Notes under the pieces: generated by a model
The model's input: the letters and a program-made list of their open reading frames with translations, nothing else
Databases searched by the model: none
What the model was told of the DNA's origin: nothing
Made by a program: the position numbers and the translations under genes
DNA from: Pseudomonadota bacterium
GTDB taxonomy: Bacteria > Myxococcota > JACRCW01 > JAFGSX01
Assembly: GCA_043821645.1 (NCBI GenBank)
Contig: JBDRCO010000138.1
Coordinates: 1 to 43,718, forward strand
Length of the DNA: 43,718 nt
Direction: 5' to 3'
Part shown: positions 27,622 to 37,829 of the stretch, piece by piece
Numbering within the stretch: the stretch's first letter is position 1
Layout: every line of letters starts with the position of its first letter

Positions 27622-29037
27622 TCAGCCTCCGTCGACGACGTGAAGGCGCACCCGCAGCGTCCCATCCTTGGCGCAGCGCGCCCTGAGTTGCCGCCCGTCG
27701 AGGTCGACGCGGTCGAGTTGCCCTGCGGGTTCGACGTCGAGCTGCCAGGCACTGGAGCCCGGCAGCAGCCATTCCATGTGTGCGCCGGCGCGACAGTCGA
27801 GCTCGAGGCTCCAGGACGGTGGGGTCAGCGTGGTGGAGACCTCGCGCATCCTCGACGGCAGGACGGAAGGCGTGGGCAGGTTCGCACTGTGATCAAAGAC
27901 AGGCAGCCGGTGGCCCTCGCCGTCGACAAAGGCAAAGCCCTCGGTGCCACGGGCGTAGACCCACAAGGCACTGCCCAGCCCCTGCTCGAGGACAAGGGTG
28001 GTCAGATCCTCGACGTACTTCTCGAAATTCGGTCCGCTGGTCAGACCGCCCCACTCGCCAAGCCACAGCGCCTGCCCCTCGTCGAGGTAGGGATCGAACA
28101 GATGCCCGAACATGTCGCGCAGACCCTGCCGGTCGCCGTCGTAGCCTTGCTCGGGTTCGTGCACCGAGGCCGGGTAAAAGTGCGGGGCCAGGACCACCCG
28201 CGTGCGGTCCCTCTCCTCGATGACGAGGCGATCCGCCAGGCCAAGGTCGTAGGCTCGGGAGGGTTCGAGGAAGAACAGCCGACCCGGACAGACGTCTTCC
28301 ACCGCATCCATCAAGGGTTGGTAAAAGCGGCGGTACAGCACGGCCTGGTCAAACCGCATCACTCCGAGGCTGGTGCCGGGCCAGGGCTCGTTGAGGAGGT
28401 CAAAGCCCACTACCGCGGACACATCGCACACGGCTGTGGCCACCTCGACCCAGGCACGGGTGAGTTCGGCGCGCAGGGGAGCATCGGTCCACAGCAGGTC
28501 GAAGCAGGCCGATACCTGGGGCGACAGGTAGTTGAGCCACCAGGGGCTGGTGGCCTCGTAACCCCGCGTCAACTCCTCGGGGCAGGCCCAGGCAGGTGCG
28601 CCGTCGCCAAAGGGCGCGCCCCACAGGTCCTGGTGCAGGTCGATGACGACGCGCAAGCCGGCGGAAGTCAGCCGCTGCACCTCGCTGCGCAGTCGTCGCA
28701 GGTAGTCGTAATCGATGCGCTCGCGCTCAGGCTGCACCGCGTCCCAGAAGGTCAGCAGGCGCACGCTGTTGAAACCGCTGTCGAGAAGCACAGCGATCTC
28801 GTCGTCACCAAGGGGGATCAAGCGGTCGGGGTGGCCCTTGGCCTCTCCGCGCAGGTTGATGCCCCGCAGCAGCAACACCTGACCCTGGCTGTCGACGATC
28901 GCACCCTCGTGCACCGAATAGCGCGGGGGCTGCTCTGGCGCCGGGGTAGCGCAGCACAGCGCGACCAGGCTCAGCAGACTCGCGGACACATGGCACCGTA
29001 CGCGACGCCCGCACGGTCTTAAGAGACGCCAGTTCAC
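27622..29037 (-). CDS. Glycoside hydrolase family 5 (endoglycoceramidase-like)
   Basis: LLRGIN, GFNSVRL..FW..VQP, VIDLHQD, GDGAP.W, GFDLLNEP (acid/base), APHFY and GEWG (nucleophile). The GTG start overlaps the upstream stop (GTGA). Confidence 0.88.
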   Translation of the reverse strand: MNWRLLRPCGRRVRCHVSASLLSLVALCCATPAPEQPPRYSVHEGAIVDSQGQVLLLRGINLRGEAKGHPDRLIPLGDDEIAVLLDSGFNSVRLLTFWDAVQPERERIDYDYLRRLRSEVQRLTSAGLRVVIDLHQDLWGAPFGDGAPAWACPEELTRGYEATSPWWLNYLSPQVSACFDLLWTDAPLRAELTRAWVEVATAVCDVSAVVGFDLLNEPWPGTSLGVMRFDQAVLYRRFYQPLMDAVEDVCPGRLFFLEPSRAYDLGLADRLVIEERDRTRVVLAPHFYPASVHEPEQGYDGDRQGLRDMFGHLFDPYLDEGQALWLGEWGGLTSGPNFEKYVEDLTTLVLEQGLGSALWVYARGTEGFAFVDGEGHRLPVFDHSANLPTPSVLPSRMREVSTTLTPPSWSLELDCRAGAHMEWLLPGSSAWQLDVEPAGQLDRVDLDGRQLRARCAKDGTLRVRLHVVDGG

Positions 29038-32000
29038 CGGGCTGGACACCGGCGGCGGCGAACTCGGGCAAGCAGCCCGAGCAGTGCCAGCACCGCAGTG
29101 GGAGGGCCATGCGCCTGACCGCAACTACAACCCGCACCGACCCGCGCGACAGAGGGTGGGCTCCTGTCCACGCCAACCGGTCCGTCCTCGCCGCTGGTGG
29201 CAGCATCCTGCGCCGCACTGGTGTCGACGGTCGCCGTGGCATCTGCGCGCACGTCCGCGGATGCGGTGTCCATGGCGAAATGATCCGCCGTCCCATGATC
29301 TGCTGACCCGAGATCTGCTCCGCCGCTGTCCTGCTGCATCGCGTCCGTGGCCGCGGTCGCATCCCCATTGCTGGTGCCGTCTGTCGCGGTCAGGTCCAGG
29401 CTGGCGCTATCCGTGGCTGCAGCGTCCTGGCCGTTGCCATCCCCCGCGACATGGTCTGTGCCGCTGGCATCGCTGGTCGCGGCATCTATGGTCGTGGTCC
29501 CGTCTGCGCCAGCGCCATCCGAAGGTGTCGCATCGAATGCGCCGGTGTCGGCAGCGCCCGCATCACTGCCTGGCGCAGAGTCGGTCGAGGTGGCGTCGGC
29601 AGCCGGCCCTCCGTCGACGGGCGGGCAGTTCGCAATGGGCGAGTGAGTGCACAGGTGTCCGTTGCCACAAAGGTCGAGAGTGCAGGGATCGCTGTCCGCG
29701 CACTCGCTGGCAAAGCTGCAGCAGTCGGGGGTGGCGGTCTCGACGCAGCGGCCACTTGTGCAGGCCAGGGTGACGCAGGGATTGAGCGAGCTGCAGTCGG
29801 TGGCGAACTCGCAGCAGTTCGCGATCGGGAGCCATCGACACACGTTGTTGGTACACAGATCGCTGGTGCAGCTATCGCCATCGCTGCAGTCCGCGCCGGT
29901 GTTGCAGCACCCGAGCTGCGACAGGTGGCTGCACGTCCCGCTATTGCAGCTGTCCTGGGTGCAGAGGTCTCCGTCGTCACAATCCGGTGCGCTGCGGCAA
30001 CAGTCCGGAGTCCAGGCGTGACCGCAGCGCCCATCGGGGGCACCAATGCAGGCATCGCTGGTGCAACCATTGGCATCGTCGCACTCGCCATCGCCATTGC
30101 AGCAGCCTGCGGCGGGGTGGCTGCAGCTGGCGCCGGGTGTCAGGCACAGATCCAGGTTGCAGTCGTCCGCATCGGTGCAGTCCAGGGCGCTGGTACAGCA
30201 GGAGGCGATGGCCGTGTGCTCGCACTGTCCGGTGACGCAGGCATCGCTGGTGCAGGGATCGCCGTCCTCGCAGGGGTCGCCATTTTGGCAGCAGCCCGTC
30301 GTGGGCACGTGTCGACACACGCCGGTGGGTGCACAGCTGTCCGTGGTGCAGCTGTTGCCGTCGTCGCAGGTCCCACTGCTGCAGCTGGCGATGAGCACGC
30401 TGTGTGGCACGCTGCTGGTGCTGTTGCCTGCCGAGTCGGTCGCGCGCGCAGCCACGCTGTGCGTCCCCGCGCTCAGGTCGACGAAGCAGCTGGCCAGGCT
30501 CCAGGGCGAGCACTCGCGCTGCACGGCGCCGTCTACCAGGAGCTCCAGACTGCTCAGGCCGCAGCCGGCGTCGCTGGTCGACAGGGCCACCTGGACCACA
30601 CCCTCGGCTACGGTGGCACCTGCCTGCGGGACATCCATCGCCAGCAGGGGCGGCGTGTTGTCAAAGCGCACGTTCAACAGCTCGCTCAGGCAGCTGTGAG
30701 CAGCGCCGTCGTGTGCCTGCAGCTGCAGGGTATGGGTGCCGTCCGCAAGCTGCGTGGTGTCGAGGGAGATCTGGGCGGGGACACTGGCCGCGCTGCCGCG
30801 AGCGGTGCCGTCGACCAGCAGGGTCACACCGGTGATGCCGACATCGTCGAAGCCGTCGGCCTGCACGGTCACGCTGCCGCGCAGGCAGGCGAAGGCGTCA
30901 GCCGGTGAAATCAAAAATATTCCAGGCAGGTCGGACACAACACGCACCACCACCAGCACGGTGCTGTCGTAGTCCTGGCCACCGGAGTGCACCCGGATCT
31001 GGAGCTGGTGCGGCCCTGCGCTCCAGGTGCTGGCGTCCAGCAACACGCTCTGGGCGCCCTCACCGTTGCCGCTCCCCCCGACCCCACCCCCGGACAGGGG
31101 AGGGGGCAGCGGGCTGGGCTGGATCGCGACGCCGTCGAGCAGGAGGTCTGCACTGGCGCCGGAGGCGGCGCCAAAGATCATGTAGCTCAGCTCGAACATT
31201 GGACCCACTGCGCTCCAGCCTGGCGGTGCCTGGATGTAGATCGAGGGGTCCTGCACTCGGGGAACCTCTGCCTCGACCGTGACCGTGGCCGGAGCCGAGC
31301 TGCCCAGGTTCTGCGCCACGTCCACGGCCTCGGCCGTGACCACGTGTGTGCCGAGGCTGACGGTGGTGCTGTCCCAGATGCCAGAAAGACTCGAGCGACC
31401 AAAAACAGCGACCACGGGGTCACCGTCGACTCGCACCACCATGCGCTCGATGTCACCAGGAGAGCCACTGACCTGGGCGCTGATGCTGACCTTGCCCGCG
31501 ACCTGGCTGCCGTCGGTGGGTGCGCCGAGCATGACCACAGGTGGGGTGGTGTCGCTGTGGTTGGTGGTGCCAAAGGCGACGGCAAGGCTGGGCCTGGCGT
31601 GGCCCGCGGCGTCGCCCGCGATCACCTGCAGGCTGTGCGCGCCGTCGGCCAGCATCCGGGTGTCGAAGGACAGGCTGGCGGAGGTGGACGAGGTGGTGAC
31701 CGCGCCCCGGAACACGCCGTCGATCTCGAAGGCCAGGTCGGTGGGTGCAAAGTCGTCGTCATAAAGCACGGCGCTGAATGCGGTGACGCCGGCCAGTACG
31801 GCCCCGTCGGCGGGTGCGCTGATCACGGCCCAGGGTTCGGCGTAGTCCACGCCGGTGCGGCGCTCGTGCAGGATGTCGTGCACCGTGCGCTGGCACACCG
31901 GGCAGGTCGCCACGTTGCCATTCGAGCTCATCAGGCAACCCGAAGCCGAGCGGTACAGGCCGGTGGCGCAGTACACGGCGCCCTGCACGCAGCCCGCACC

Positions 32001-32711
32001 TGGGGTGCTCTGGAACTTGGTGCAACTCGGATCCGCGGTGGCGTTGCGACTGCGCACCAGGGCGGCCTCGGTCTTGGCGTGGCACAGCCCGCTCTCGATG
32101 TACTCGTCCTCGAGCCGGAAGATCGCGTGCCCCAGCTCGTGGCTGGTGGGAGCCAGGCTGCGGCTCATGCGCACCCGGCCGCCCGAGGCCAGCTGCGCAG
32201 GAAAACTGGCATTGGCGCGACCCGAGCTGCTGTTGGCGATGGCGATGACCACGTCGACGTCCGGGGCGTTGAGCGCCGCCTGGGACACGCGACCGTCGAG
32301 GGCAGTGATGAAGCTGCCTCCGACGTTCATGCCCAGGGCTGTGTCCGCGGTATCGGCGTCACCAACCTCGGTGCTCGCCGAGGCCACGTCGATCACGTGG
32401 AAGTTGTAAATGGCTGGCACGCCGCCGTACAGGCCGGTGGCGGTCTGGGTCTTGAACGTGTTGATGGCGCTGGCCGCGACTGCATGCCAGCCGTCCTGGT
32501 CCACGCCGCCGCCAAAGCGAAAGCCGTCGCCCACCAGCACCACGTCGATGGCCATGTCCAGATCCGGCTGCTCGATGGTGCTCTGCACAGTCAGGTTGCA
32601 CAGCTCGGGTGTGGTGATGCAGTCCGCGGCCGCGGCCGCAGGCAGCACGCAGGTACCGACAGCCGTCGCCAGCAGCAGTGGCCAGCGAGAACTGCTCGCC
32701 GCGGGCCTCAC
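29034..32711 (-). CDS. Secreted M64-family metallopeptidase with Ig-like (Big) domains, Cys-rich repeats and a MYXO-CTERM-like anchor
   Basis: IDVVLVGDGF, HELGHAIF.LEDEY, GLYRS..GCLM and CPVC. Repeated DG.H.L...A.D.AG Ig units, CDDG..CT.D.C repeats, and a tail GCSC...LLGLLARVRRRR. Confidence 0.87.
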   Translation of the reverse strand: MRPAASSSRWPLLLATAVGTCVLPAAAAADCITTPELCNLTVQSTIEQPDLDMAIDVVLVGDGFRFGGGVDQDGWHAVAASAINTFKTQTATGLYGGVPAIYNFHVIDVASASTEVGDADTADTALGMNVGGSFITALDGRVSQAALNAPDVDVVIAIANSSSGRANASFPAQLASGGRVRMSRSLAPTSHELGHAIFRLEDEYIESGLCHAKTEAALVRSRNATADPSCTKFQSTPGAGCVQGAVYCATGLYRSASGCLMSSNGNVATCPVCQRTVHDILHERRTGVDYAEPWAVISAPADGAVLAGVTAFSAVLYDDDFAPTDLAFEIDGVFRGAVTTSSTSASLSFDTRMLADGAHSLQVIAGDAAGHARPSLAVAFGTTNHSDTTPPVVMLGAPTDGSQVAGKVSISAQVSGSPGDIERMVVRVDGDPVVAVFGRSSLSGIWDSTTVSLGTHVVTAEAVDVAQNLGSSAPATVTVEAEVPRVQDPSIYIQAPPGWSAVGPMFELSYMIFGAASGASADLLLDGVAIQPSPLPPPLSGGGVGGSGNGEGAQSVLLDASTWSAGPHQLQIRVHSGGQDYDSTVLVVVRVVSDLPGIFLISPADAFACLRGSVTVQADGFDDVGITGVTLLVDGTARGSAASVPAQISLDTTQLADGTHTLQLQAHDGAAHSCLSELLNVRFDNTPPLLAMDVPQAGATVAEGVVQVALSTSDAGCGLSSLELLVDGAVQRECSPWSLASCFVDLSAGTHSVAARATDSAGNSTSSVPHSVLIASCSSGTCDDGNSCTTDSCAPTGVCRHVPTTGCCQNGDPCEDGDPCTSDACVTGQCEHTAIASCCTSALDCTDADDCNLDLCLTPGASCSHPAAGCCNGDGECDDANGCTSDACIGAPDGRCGHAWTPDCCRSAPDCDDGDLCTQDSCNSGTCSHLSQLGCCNTGADCSDGDSCTSDLCTNNVCRWLPIANCCEFATDCSSLNPCVTLACTSGRCVETATPDCCSFASECADSDPCTLDLCGNGHLCTHSPIANCPPVDGGPAADATSTDSAPGSDAGAADTGAFDATPSDGAGADGTTTIDAATSDASGTDHVAGDGNGQDAAATDSASLDLTATDGTSNGDATAATDAMQQDSGGADLGSADHGTADHFAMDTASADVRADATATVDTSAAQDAATSGEDGPVGVDRSPPSVARVGAGCSCGQAHGPPTAVLALLGLLARVRRRRCPAR
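29640..30385 (-). repeat. About seven Cys-rich protein repeats (CC....C.D...CT.D.C....C.H)
   Basis: Visible in the translation of the M64 protein. Confidence 0.75.
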
Positions 32712-33328
32712 GGCTGCACCTTGTGGCTGGCCAGCACCCGGGTCGAAGCCGCCTCGCCACGCACGATGCTGTAGTGTGTGCCCGGGCCGAAAAAGGGCGC
32801 GCGCAGGATCACGCTGCCGTCCTGCCAGCGGTCACGCACGTCGCCACCACCCTCGCCGGGAGCTCCCAGATCCAGGGGCAGGACCACAGGCTGCGGTCGT
32901 TGCGGGTGCTCCACCACAAGCGAGCAGGCGTCAGTCTGGAGCGCACCAGGAGGAACGGGGATCTGGCTGTTTGTCGGGGGTGGAGGCACGCCGGTATCCG
33001 GATGAACCGTGGTCGCGGGACCGTGCAGCGATGGTACGCCTGCTGCAAGCGTCAGCCCGGGGTGTCGTGGCGATGCCGCACTCGCAAGCCTGAAGGGCGT
33101 CGGTCGTACACGCGCCTCGGCGATCGTCACCCCACCTTCCGGCGACAGGTTCACCACCAGCAAGGCTGTGGTCGGCGGGTCCAGGGGTGCCAGATGCGAT
33201 GGGGCAGGTTCGACCGATGGTGTCGCCTCAGACGACGCCTGCTCGCAGCCCGAGGCCAGAGTGCAAAGGGTCACCACAGCCAGCAGGACAGGGCGCGCGC
33301 ACGATCGCTCCACCCGGTACCTCTTCAT
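32708..33328 (-). CDS. Hypothetical lipoprotein translationally coupled to the M64 peptidase
   Basis: AGGGGGA RBS, MKRYR..., lipobox LASGC, and an ATGA overlap with the M64 gene. Confidence 0.72.
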   Translation of the reverse strand: MKRYRVERSCARPVLLAVVTLCTLASGCEQASSEATPSVEPAPSHLAPLDPPTTALLVVNLSPEGGVTIAEARVRPTPFRLASAASPRHPGLTLAAGVPSLHGPATTVHPDTGVPPPPTNSQIPVPPGALQTDACSLVVEHPQRPQPVVLPLDLGAPGEGGGDVRDRWQDGSVILRAPFFGPGTHYSIVRGEAASTRVLASHKVQP

Positions 33329-33360
33329 ATCGATTCCCCCTTGTGTCCTCGCAGGTCGCG

Positions 33361-34080
33361 TCACTTCTCGTCCTCGACCATGGGCACGCGGCCGCCGCGC
33401 GCTCGCAGCATGTGCAGCTCGGTGCCGCCCCACACGGTCATGGCATCCAGGTGCCTGCCCTTGGGCACCACGGTCATGGCAGCCACCACGGCGCCCTCGC
33501 CCAGGGTGACGCCGGGAAAGATCGCGGTGTCGCGGCCAATGGTGCAGCTCTTGCCGATGTGCACCGGCGCCATCTTCAGCAGGCCCTTCTCGCCGACGTG
33601 GGCCAGGATCACGGCGTCGTCGCCCACCATCACCTCGTCCTCGATGGTGATCAGGTCCCAGTCGCCGATGGCGGTGGTGTTGATGATGACGCCACGGCCG
33701 ATGCGCGCGCCCAGCATGCGGAAGTACACGTTGAGGTAGGGCGTGCCGCGGATCTGCTTGAGAAAGAAGAAGCAGGCCATGTCGTGCAGCTGCGCGGTCA
33801 GGGCCCACATCACCACACGGAAGCTGAAGAAGGGGAACTCGCCTGCGCGCGCACGATACAGCGAGCCCCACTTGATCAGCACCACCAGCAGCGCCAGGTC
33901 CACGCCGAACACGAAGTAGGCCGGGCCCGCGCCCAGCACCGCTGCCCACCACCCGAACTGCCCGGCCCAGCGCACCAGCAGCGTCGCCGGAAGGAGCGCC
34001 ACGCCAAGGATGGCGCCTTTGAGCAGCCACAGCAGGGGGATCAAGGTGACGGCCAGGAGGTTGTACAAGAAGCGCATCAT
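33361..34080 (-). CDS. Membrane-associated hexapeptide-repeat (LbH) acyltransferase-like protein
   Basis: N-terminal TM helices, GTPYLN.YFRMLGARIG, LITIED.VMVG, PVHIGK.CTIG and IFPGVTLGEGAVV. Confidence 0.85.
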   Translation of the reverse strand: MMRFLYNLLAVTLIPLLWLLKGAILGVALLPATLLVRWAGQFGWWAAVLGAGPAYFVFGVDLALLVVLIKWGSLYRARAGEFPFFSFRVVMWALTAQLHDMACFFFLKQIRGTPYLNVYFRMLGARIGRGVIINTTAIGDWDLITIEDEVMVGDDAVILAHVGEKGLLKMAPVHIGKSCTIGRDTAIFPGVTLGEGAVVAAMTVVPKGRHLDAMTVWGGTELHMLRARGGRVPMVEDEK

Positions 34081-35921
34081 GCGCGGTCACCGGTTTCCGT
34101 GAGCAGGTCCAGCACCCTGTTGTACTTGCCCATGGGCACCGACAGCTGCACGCCCTGCACCAGAGGCCGCACGGCCTGCAAGATCTCTCTGGCCACCAGC
34201 AAGCCTTCCTCGCGCGCCCGGGCCTGGTCCTCGGCCCTGGCCATGCGCGCCATGATGTCGTCGGGCACGAAGGCGCCAGGCACCTCGTTGCGCATGAACT
34301 CGGCGTTGCGCAGGCTGGTCAGGGGCCAGATGCCGGCCAGCACCGGCACACGGCAGTGGCGCGTGCGGGTGAGAAAACTCTCGAGCTGCGCCACGTCGAA
34401 CACGGGCTGGGTGATGGCATACTCGGCACCGGCCTCGACCTTGTACTCGAAGCGCCGGATCTCGTGATCCAGCTTCAGCGCCCCCGGGTTGACGCCCACG
34501 CCGAAGACGAAGCCGGTCTGGCCGCCTATGGCGTTGCGCGCCACGTCGAGGCCGTGGTTGAGCCAGTTGACGATGTGAGTCAGGCCGATGGCGTCGACGT
34601 CGAAGACCGCGGTGGCGTCGGGGTAGTTGCCCAGCTTGGGTGGGTCGCCGGTGATCAGCAGCAGGTTGTGAATGCCCAGGGCCGAGGCGCCGAGCAGATC
34701 GCTCTGAATGCCCAGCAGGTTGCGGTCGCGGCAGGTGTAGTGCAGCACCACCTCGATGCCCACCTGCTGCTGGATGAGCACACCCAGGGCGAGCGGGCTC
34801 ATGCGCGCACTGGCGCGGGGCCCGTCGGGTATGTTGATGGCGTCGACCTGCTTGGCCACGGCGCGCACACCCTGGATCACCTTCTCGACGTTGGGGCCGC
34901 GCGGTGGCGTGAACTCCACCAGGGTGACGAACTCACCCGCGTCGAGCTTGCGGCCCAGGTTGGAGCGCTCGGCCAGGGGCAGGGGATCGCGGGCATCCTG
35001 CAGATCACCCACCGCGATCTGGCCCGTGTGACCGCGCTGCGGCTGCAGGGCGCGCACCGCGTTGCGCATGGCGCGGATGTAGGCTGGCGTGGTGCCGCAG
35101 CAGCCGCCCAGCACGTGCACGCCCGCGGCCACGAAGCGCTTGGCGTACTCGGCAAAGTACTCGGGGCTGGACATGTACAGGTTGCGGCCCTCGACCGCCC
35201 GCGGCACACCCGCGTTGGGCTGGGCGGACAGCGGCGCATTGCACACCAGCACCATGCGCTCGATGGCGGCCAGGGTGGGCTCGGGACCCACCGAGCAGTT
35301 GATGCCCACGACGTCGGCGCCCCATTTTTCGAGCACCACGGCGCAGCGTTCGGCCGGTGCGCCCTGAATGGTGTGGCCGGTCTCGTCGACGGTGATCTGG
35401 GCCACCACGGGCAGGTCGCAGACCTCGCGCGCGCCGCGCAGGGCCTGCTGCAGCTCGGTCAGGTCGCCAAAGGTCTCGAACACCAGCAGGTCCACTCCGC
35501 CCTCGACCAGGGCCTCGATCTGGGCGCGAAAGTAATCCCGCGCCTCGTCGACGCTGGTCGGACCCAGGGGCTCGATCTTGAGGCCCAGCGGGCCCACCGC
35601 CCCGGCCACCAGCGCGCGATCCCCGGCAGCATCGCGGGCGATCCGCGCCCCGGCCAGGTTGATCTCGCGCAGCCTGTCGGCCAGGCCAAAGGGCTTGAGC
35701 TTGATCGGGTTGGCGCCGAAGGTGTTGGTCTCGATGACGTCGGCGCCGGCGGCCACGTACTCCTCATGAATGTTCTTGATCAGCTCGGGGCGAACCAGGT
35801 TGAGCTCGTCGTAGCAGGTGTTGATGAACACGCCCTTGCTGTACAGCATGGTGCCCATGGCGCCATCGAACAGCACCACGCCGGACTTGATCTTGTTGCG
35901 AAACCTATCAGCGCCGGACAT
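34077..35921 (-). CDS. yitJ: Bifunctional homocysteine S-methyltransferase / methylenetetrahydrofolate reductase
   Basis: DGAMGT, AGADVIETNTFGAN, GINC, PNAG.P and GGCCGT. MTHFR half: NIPDGP, H.TCRDRN, TGDP and ITQPVF. Confidence 0.92.
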   Translation of the reverse strand: MSGADRFRNKIKSGVVLFDGAMGTMLYSKGVFINTCYDELNLVRPELIKNIHEEYVAAGADVIETNTFGANPIKLKPFGLADRLREINLAGARIARDAAGDRALVAGAVGPLGLKIEPLGPTSVDEARDYFRAQIEALVEGGVDLLVFETFGDLTELQQALRGAREVCDLPVVAQITVDETGHTIQGAPAERCAVVLEKWGADVVGINCSVGPEPTLAAIERMVLVCNAPLSAQPNAGVPRAVEGRNLYMSSPEYFAEYAKRFVAAGVHVLGGCCGTTPAYIRAMRNAVRALQPQRGHTGQIAVGDLQDARDPLPLAERSNLGRKLDAGEFVTLVEFTPPRGPNVEKVIQGVRAVAKQVDAINIPDGPRASARMSPLALGVLIQQQVGIEVVLHYTCRDRNLLGIQSDLLGASALGIHNLLLITGDPPKLGNYPDATAVFDVDAIGLTHIVNWLNHGLDVARNAIGGQTGFVFGVGVNPGALKLDHEIRRFEYKVEAGAEYAITQPVFDVAQLESFLTRTRHCRVPVLAGIWPLTSLRNAEFMRNEVPGAFVPDDIMARMARAEDQARAREEGLLVAREILQAVRPLVQGVQLSVPMGKYNRVLDLLTETGDRA

Positions 35922-36205
35922 TGCGGACCTCTCAGGGGGCTTCGTTCCCGGTTCCTGCATCCCCGTTCCCGGTTGGAGGATGACCGGGGACCCCACAGGC
36001 TACCGCGTGCTTGGCGGACGCGAAACGCCAACGTGGAAGGCGGAGCCCCGGACGAGACACCTCCGCCCCGGCCATCGGCCACGACCCCAGGCGTCGGCGG
36101 GGGAGGGGGCACACCAGGGCTGCTGGGGGAGCGCCCGAGCCTTGACAAGGCCCCACTCGCTTGGTCGAGTTACGCCGCATTCTGGATGCACCTCAGGAGA
36201 AAACG

Positions 36206-36997
36206 ATGAAGCGTCTTGTCACTCTCTGTGCTCTCGCCCTTGGTCTGATCTTCGCCCTGGCCTCGGCCACTCCCCCGCCGGGCGACGACGACGCCAGCAC
36301 CGCGCGTCGCGACGCCGGGAGCACGGATCGCAGCACCACGGATCGCGCCACGACCGACACCGGCTCGACAGGCACCTGGAACCCGCAGAACTACGGAATG
36401 GGCTGCACCAGCGATGCCCAGTGCCCGGGCGGCAAGTGCTACGACATCTTTGGCGGCCAGGGTGACTCGGCCTGCTTCAAGCTGTGCACCGGAACCCCCG
36501 ACTGCGCGGACTTCCCCTACAACACCACGGCCGCGCAGTGCGCGTCGCTGGGCACCGGCGAGCCCTCGGTGTGCATCATGGGCTCTGGCCAGAACGGCCC
36601 CTGTGGCAACCCGCTCAATGCCACCTGCACCGACGACGACTACGGTCTGTGCGGCACCGACAGCAGCGGCGCCGGAAGTTGCGTGCGCGTGTGCAACCCG
36701 CACGATTTGACCAACGCCACAGGCTGTCGCGTCTCTGGCCTGCCCGCGGGCACCTGCGGCTGCCTGGGCTCGGACGGCTGCTCCAACACACTGCTCGGCT
36801 TCAACAGCGGCGTCACCGACGATCCGGATGGCGTCTGTGCCCCGGTGACCGCCATCGGCGCCACCTGCGGGTATGACACCACCACCTACACGATCACCCC
36901 GTGTACAGGCGACCAGGAGTGCGCGGGCCTGAGCTCCAGCAGCCCCACGGGCACCTGCCAGACCCCGGTCGCCGACGGTGGCAGCCCCGACGCCTGA
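36206..36997 (+). CDS. Cys-rich secreted hypothetical protein
   Basis: AGGAG RBS, signal peptide, Asp/Thr linker and many regularly spaced Cys; followed by a terminator. Confidence 0.8.
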   Translation: MKRLVTLCALALGLIFALASATPPPGDDDASTARRDAGSTDRSTTDRATTDTGSTGTWNPQNYGMGCTSDAQCPGGKCYDIFGGQGDSACFKLCTGTPDCADFPYNTTAAQCASLGTGEPSVCIMGSGQNGPCGNPLNATCTDDDYGLCGTDSSGAGSCVRVCNPHDLTNATGCRVSGLPAGTCGCLGSDGCSNTLLGFNSGVTDDPDGVCAPVTAIGATCGYDTTTYTITPCTGDQECAGLSSSSPTGTCQTPVADGGSPDA

Positions 36998-37032
36998 TGC
37001 GCGCAAGCAGCGCGAGCTGATCTGAGTCTCTC

Positions 37033-37064
37033 AAGACCCCGTCTCCGGACGGGGTCTTTTTTTT
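37033..37064 (+). terminator. Rho-independent terminator
   Basis: AAGACCCCGTC-TCCG-GACGGGGTCTT hairpin followed by a T run, between convergent genes. Confidence 0.9.
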
Positions 37065-37716
37065 ACTCGCTCCAGCGCCTGGCCCTGAGCACCTCGTTTT
37101 CCAGCCACATATCGAGGCGGCCGACGTCAAAGGTCCAGATCTTCGGCGGGCCATCCTTGCGCTGGGGCGGCCCCTCGTAGGGCCTGACCTTGGTGATGTG
37201 CATCAGCGCGGCGCCCAGCTCGCGGCGGTAGCTCTCCTGACTCTGGCGCTGGGTCTCGTCGACGATGGTGAAGGCATTGTGCTTGGCTGCGGCCAGCAAG
37301 CCCAGGACTCCGCGGCGTTCGCGCAGGCTCTTGAGCGCCTGCACCGCCGCACGCCGGACCTCGAGGGCGGGGTGGTCGAGCAGGGCGCTCAGCACCGCGA
37401 CCAGGCGTTCGCGCTGCAGGCCCTGCACCAGCCCGACGAGGCGCTCGGGAGGGTTGCTCGCCACCAGGCTCGCCAGCCGCGCGCGCTGGCCGCGGGCTTC
37501 GAGCCAGGGATTCCAGTCGAGGCCTGTGCCGCCCACTCCGCAGGCGTCGCCGGGGGCGGAGTCGGGGACATCCATGTCCCACACGGTCTGGGCCAGAGCG
37601 AACTCCTCGATGCGGATGGGCAGGCCACGGCGCTTGGTCTCGCGGTCGGGAGCGCAGCTCACGAGCAAGATCGACGCGGTCGAGAGCAGCAACAGTGCGG
37701 CCGATCGTGGTGCCAT
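37063..37716 (-). CDS. Lipoprotein with a HEAT-like repeat
   Basis: Lipobox LVSC and LLDHPALEVRRAAVQAL. Confidence 0.7.
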   Translation of the reverse strand: MAPRSAALLLLSTASILLVSCAPDRETKRRGLPIRIEEFALAQTVWDMDVPDSAPGDACGVGGTGLDWNPWLEARGQRARLASLVASNPPERLVGLVQGLQRERLVAVLSALLDHPALEVRRAAVQALKSLRERRGVLGLLAAAKHNAFTIVDETQRQSQESYRRELGAALMHITKVRPYEGPPQRKDGPPKIWTFDVGRLDMWLENEVLRARRWSE

Positions 37717-37829
37717 GAGCGAATCCGCAGGCAAAGGGCTCCGGATCGCACCATCCTAGCGCGGTTACCCATCAGGTCCCATGGCCCCGAGCATACCGGA
37801 ATTCGTTTTCCGACACCGCGCAGGCGCGC

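Noticed and set aside
35922-36200. SAM or SAH riboswitch upstream of yitJ
   Set aside because: I could not find SAM-I core elements (ATC.AGAG, GCAACC, GTGC.AA.TCC) or a SAH motif on the minus strand. An Rfam scan would settle it.
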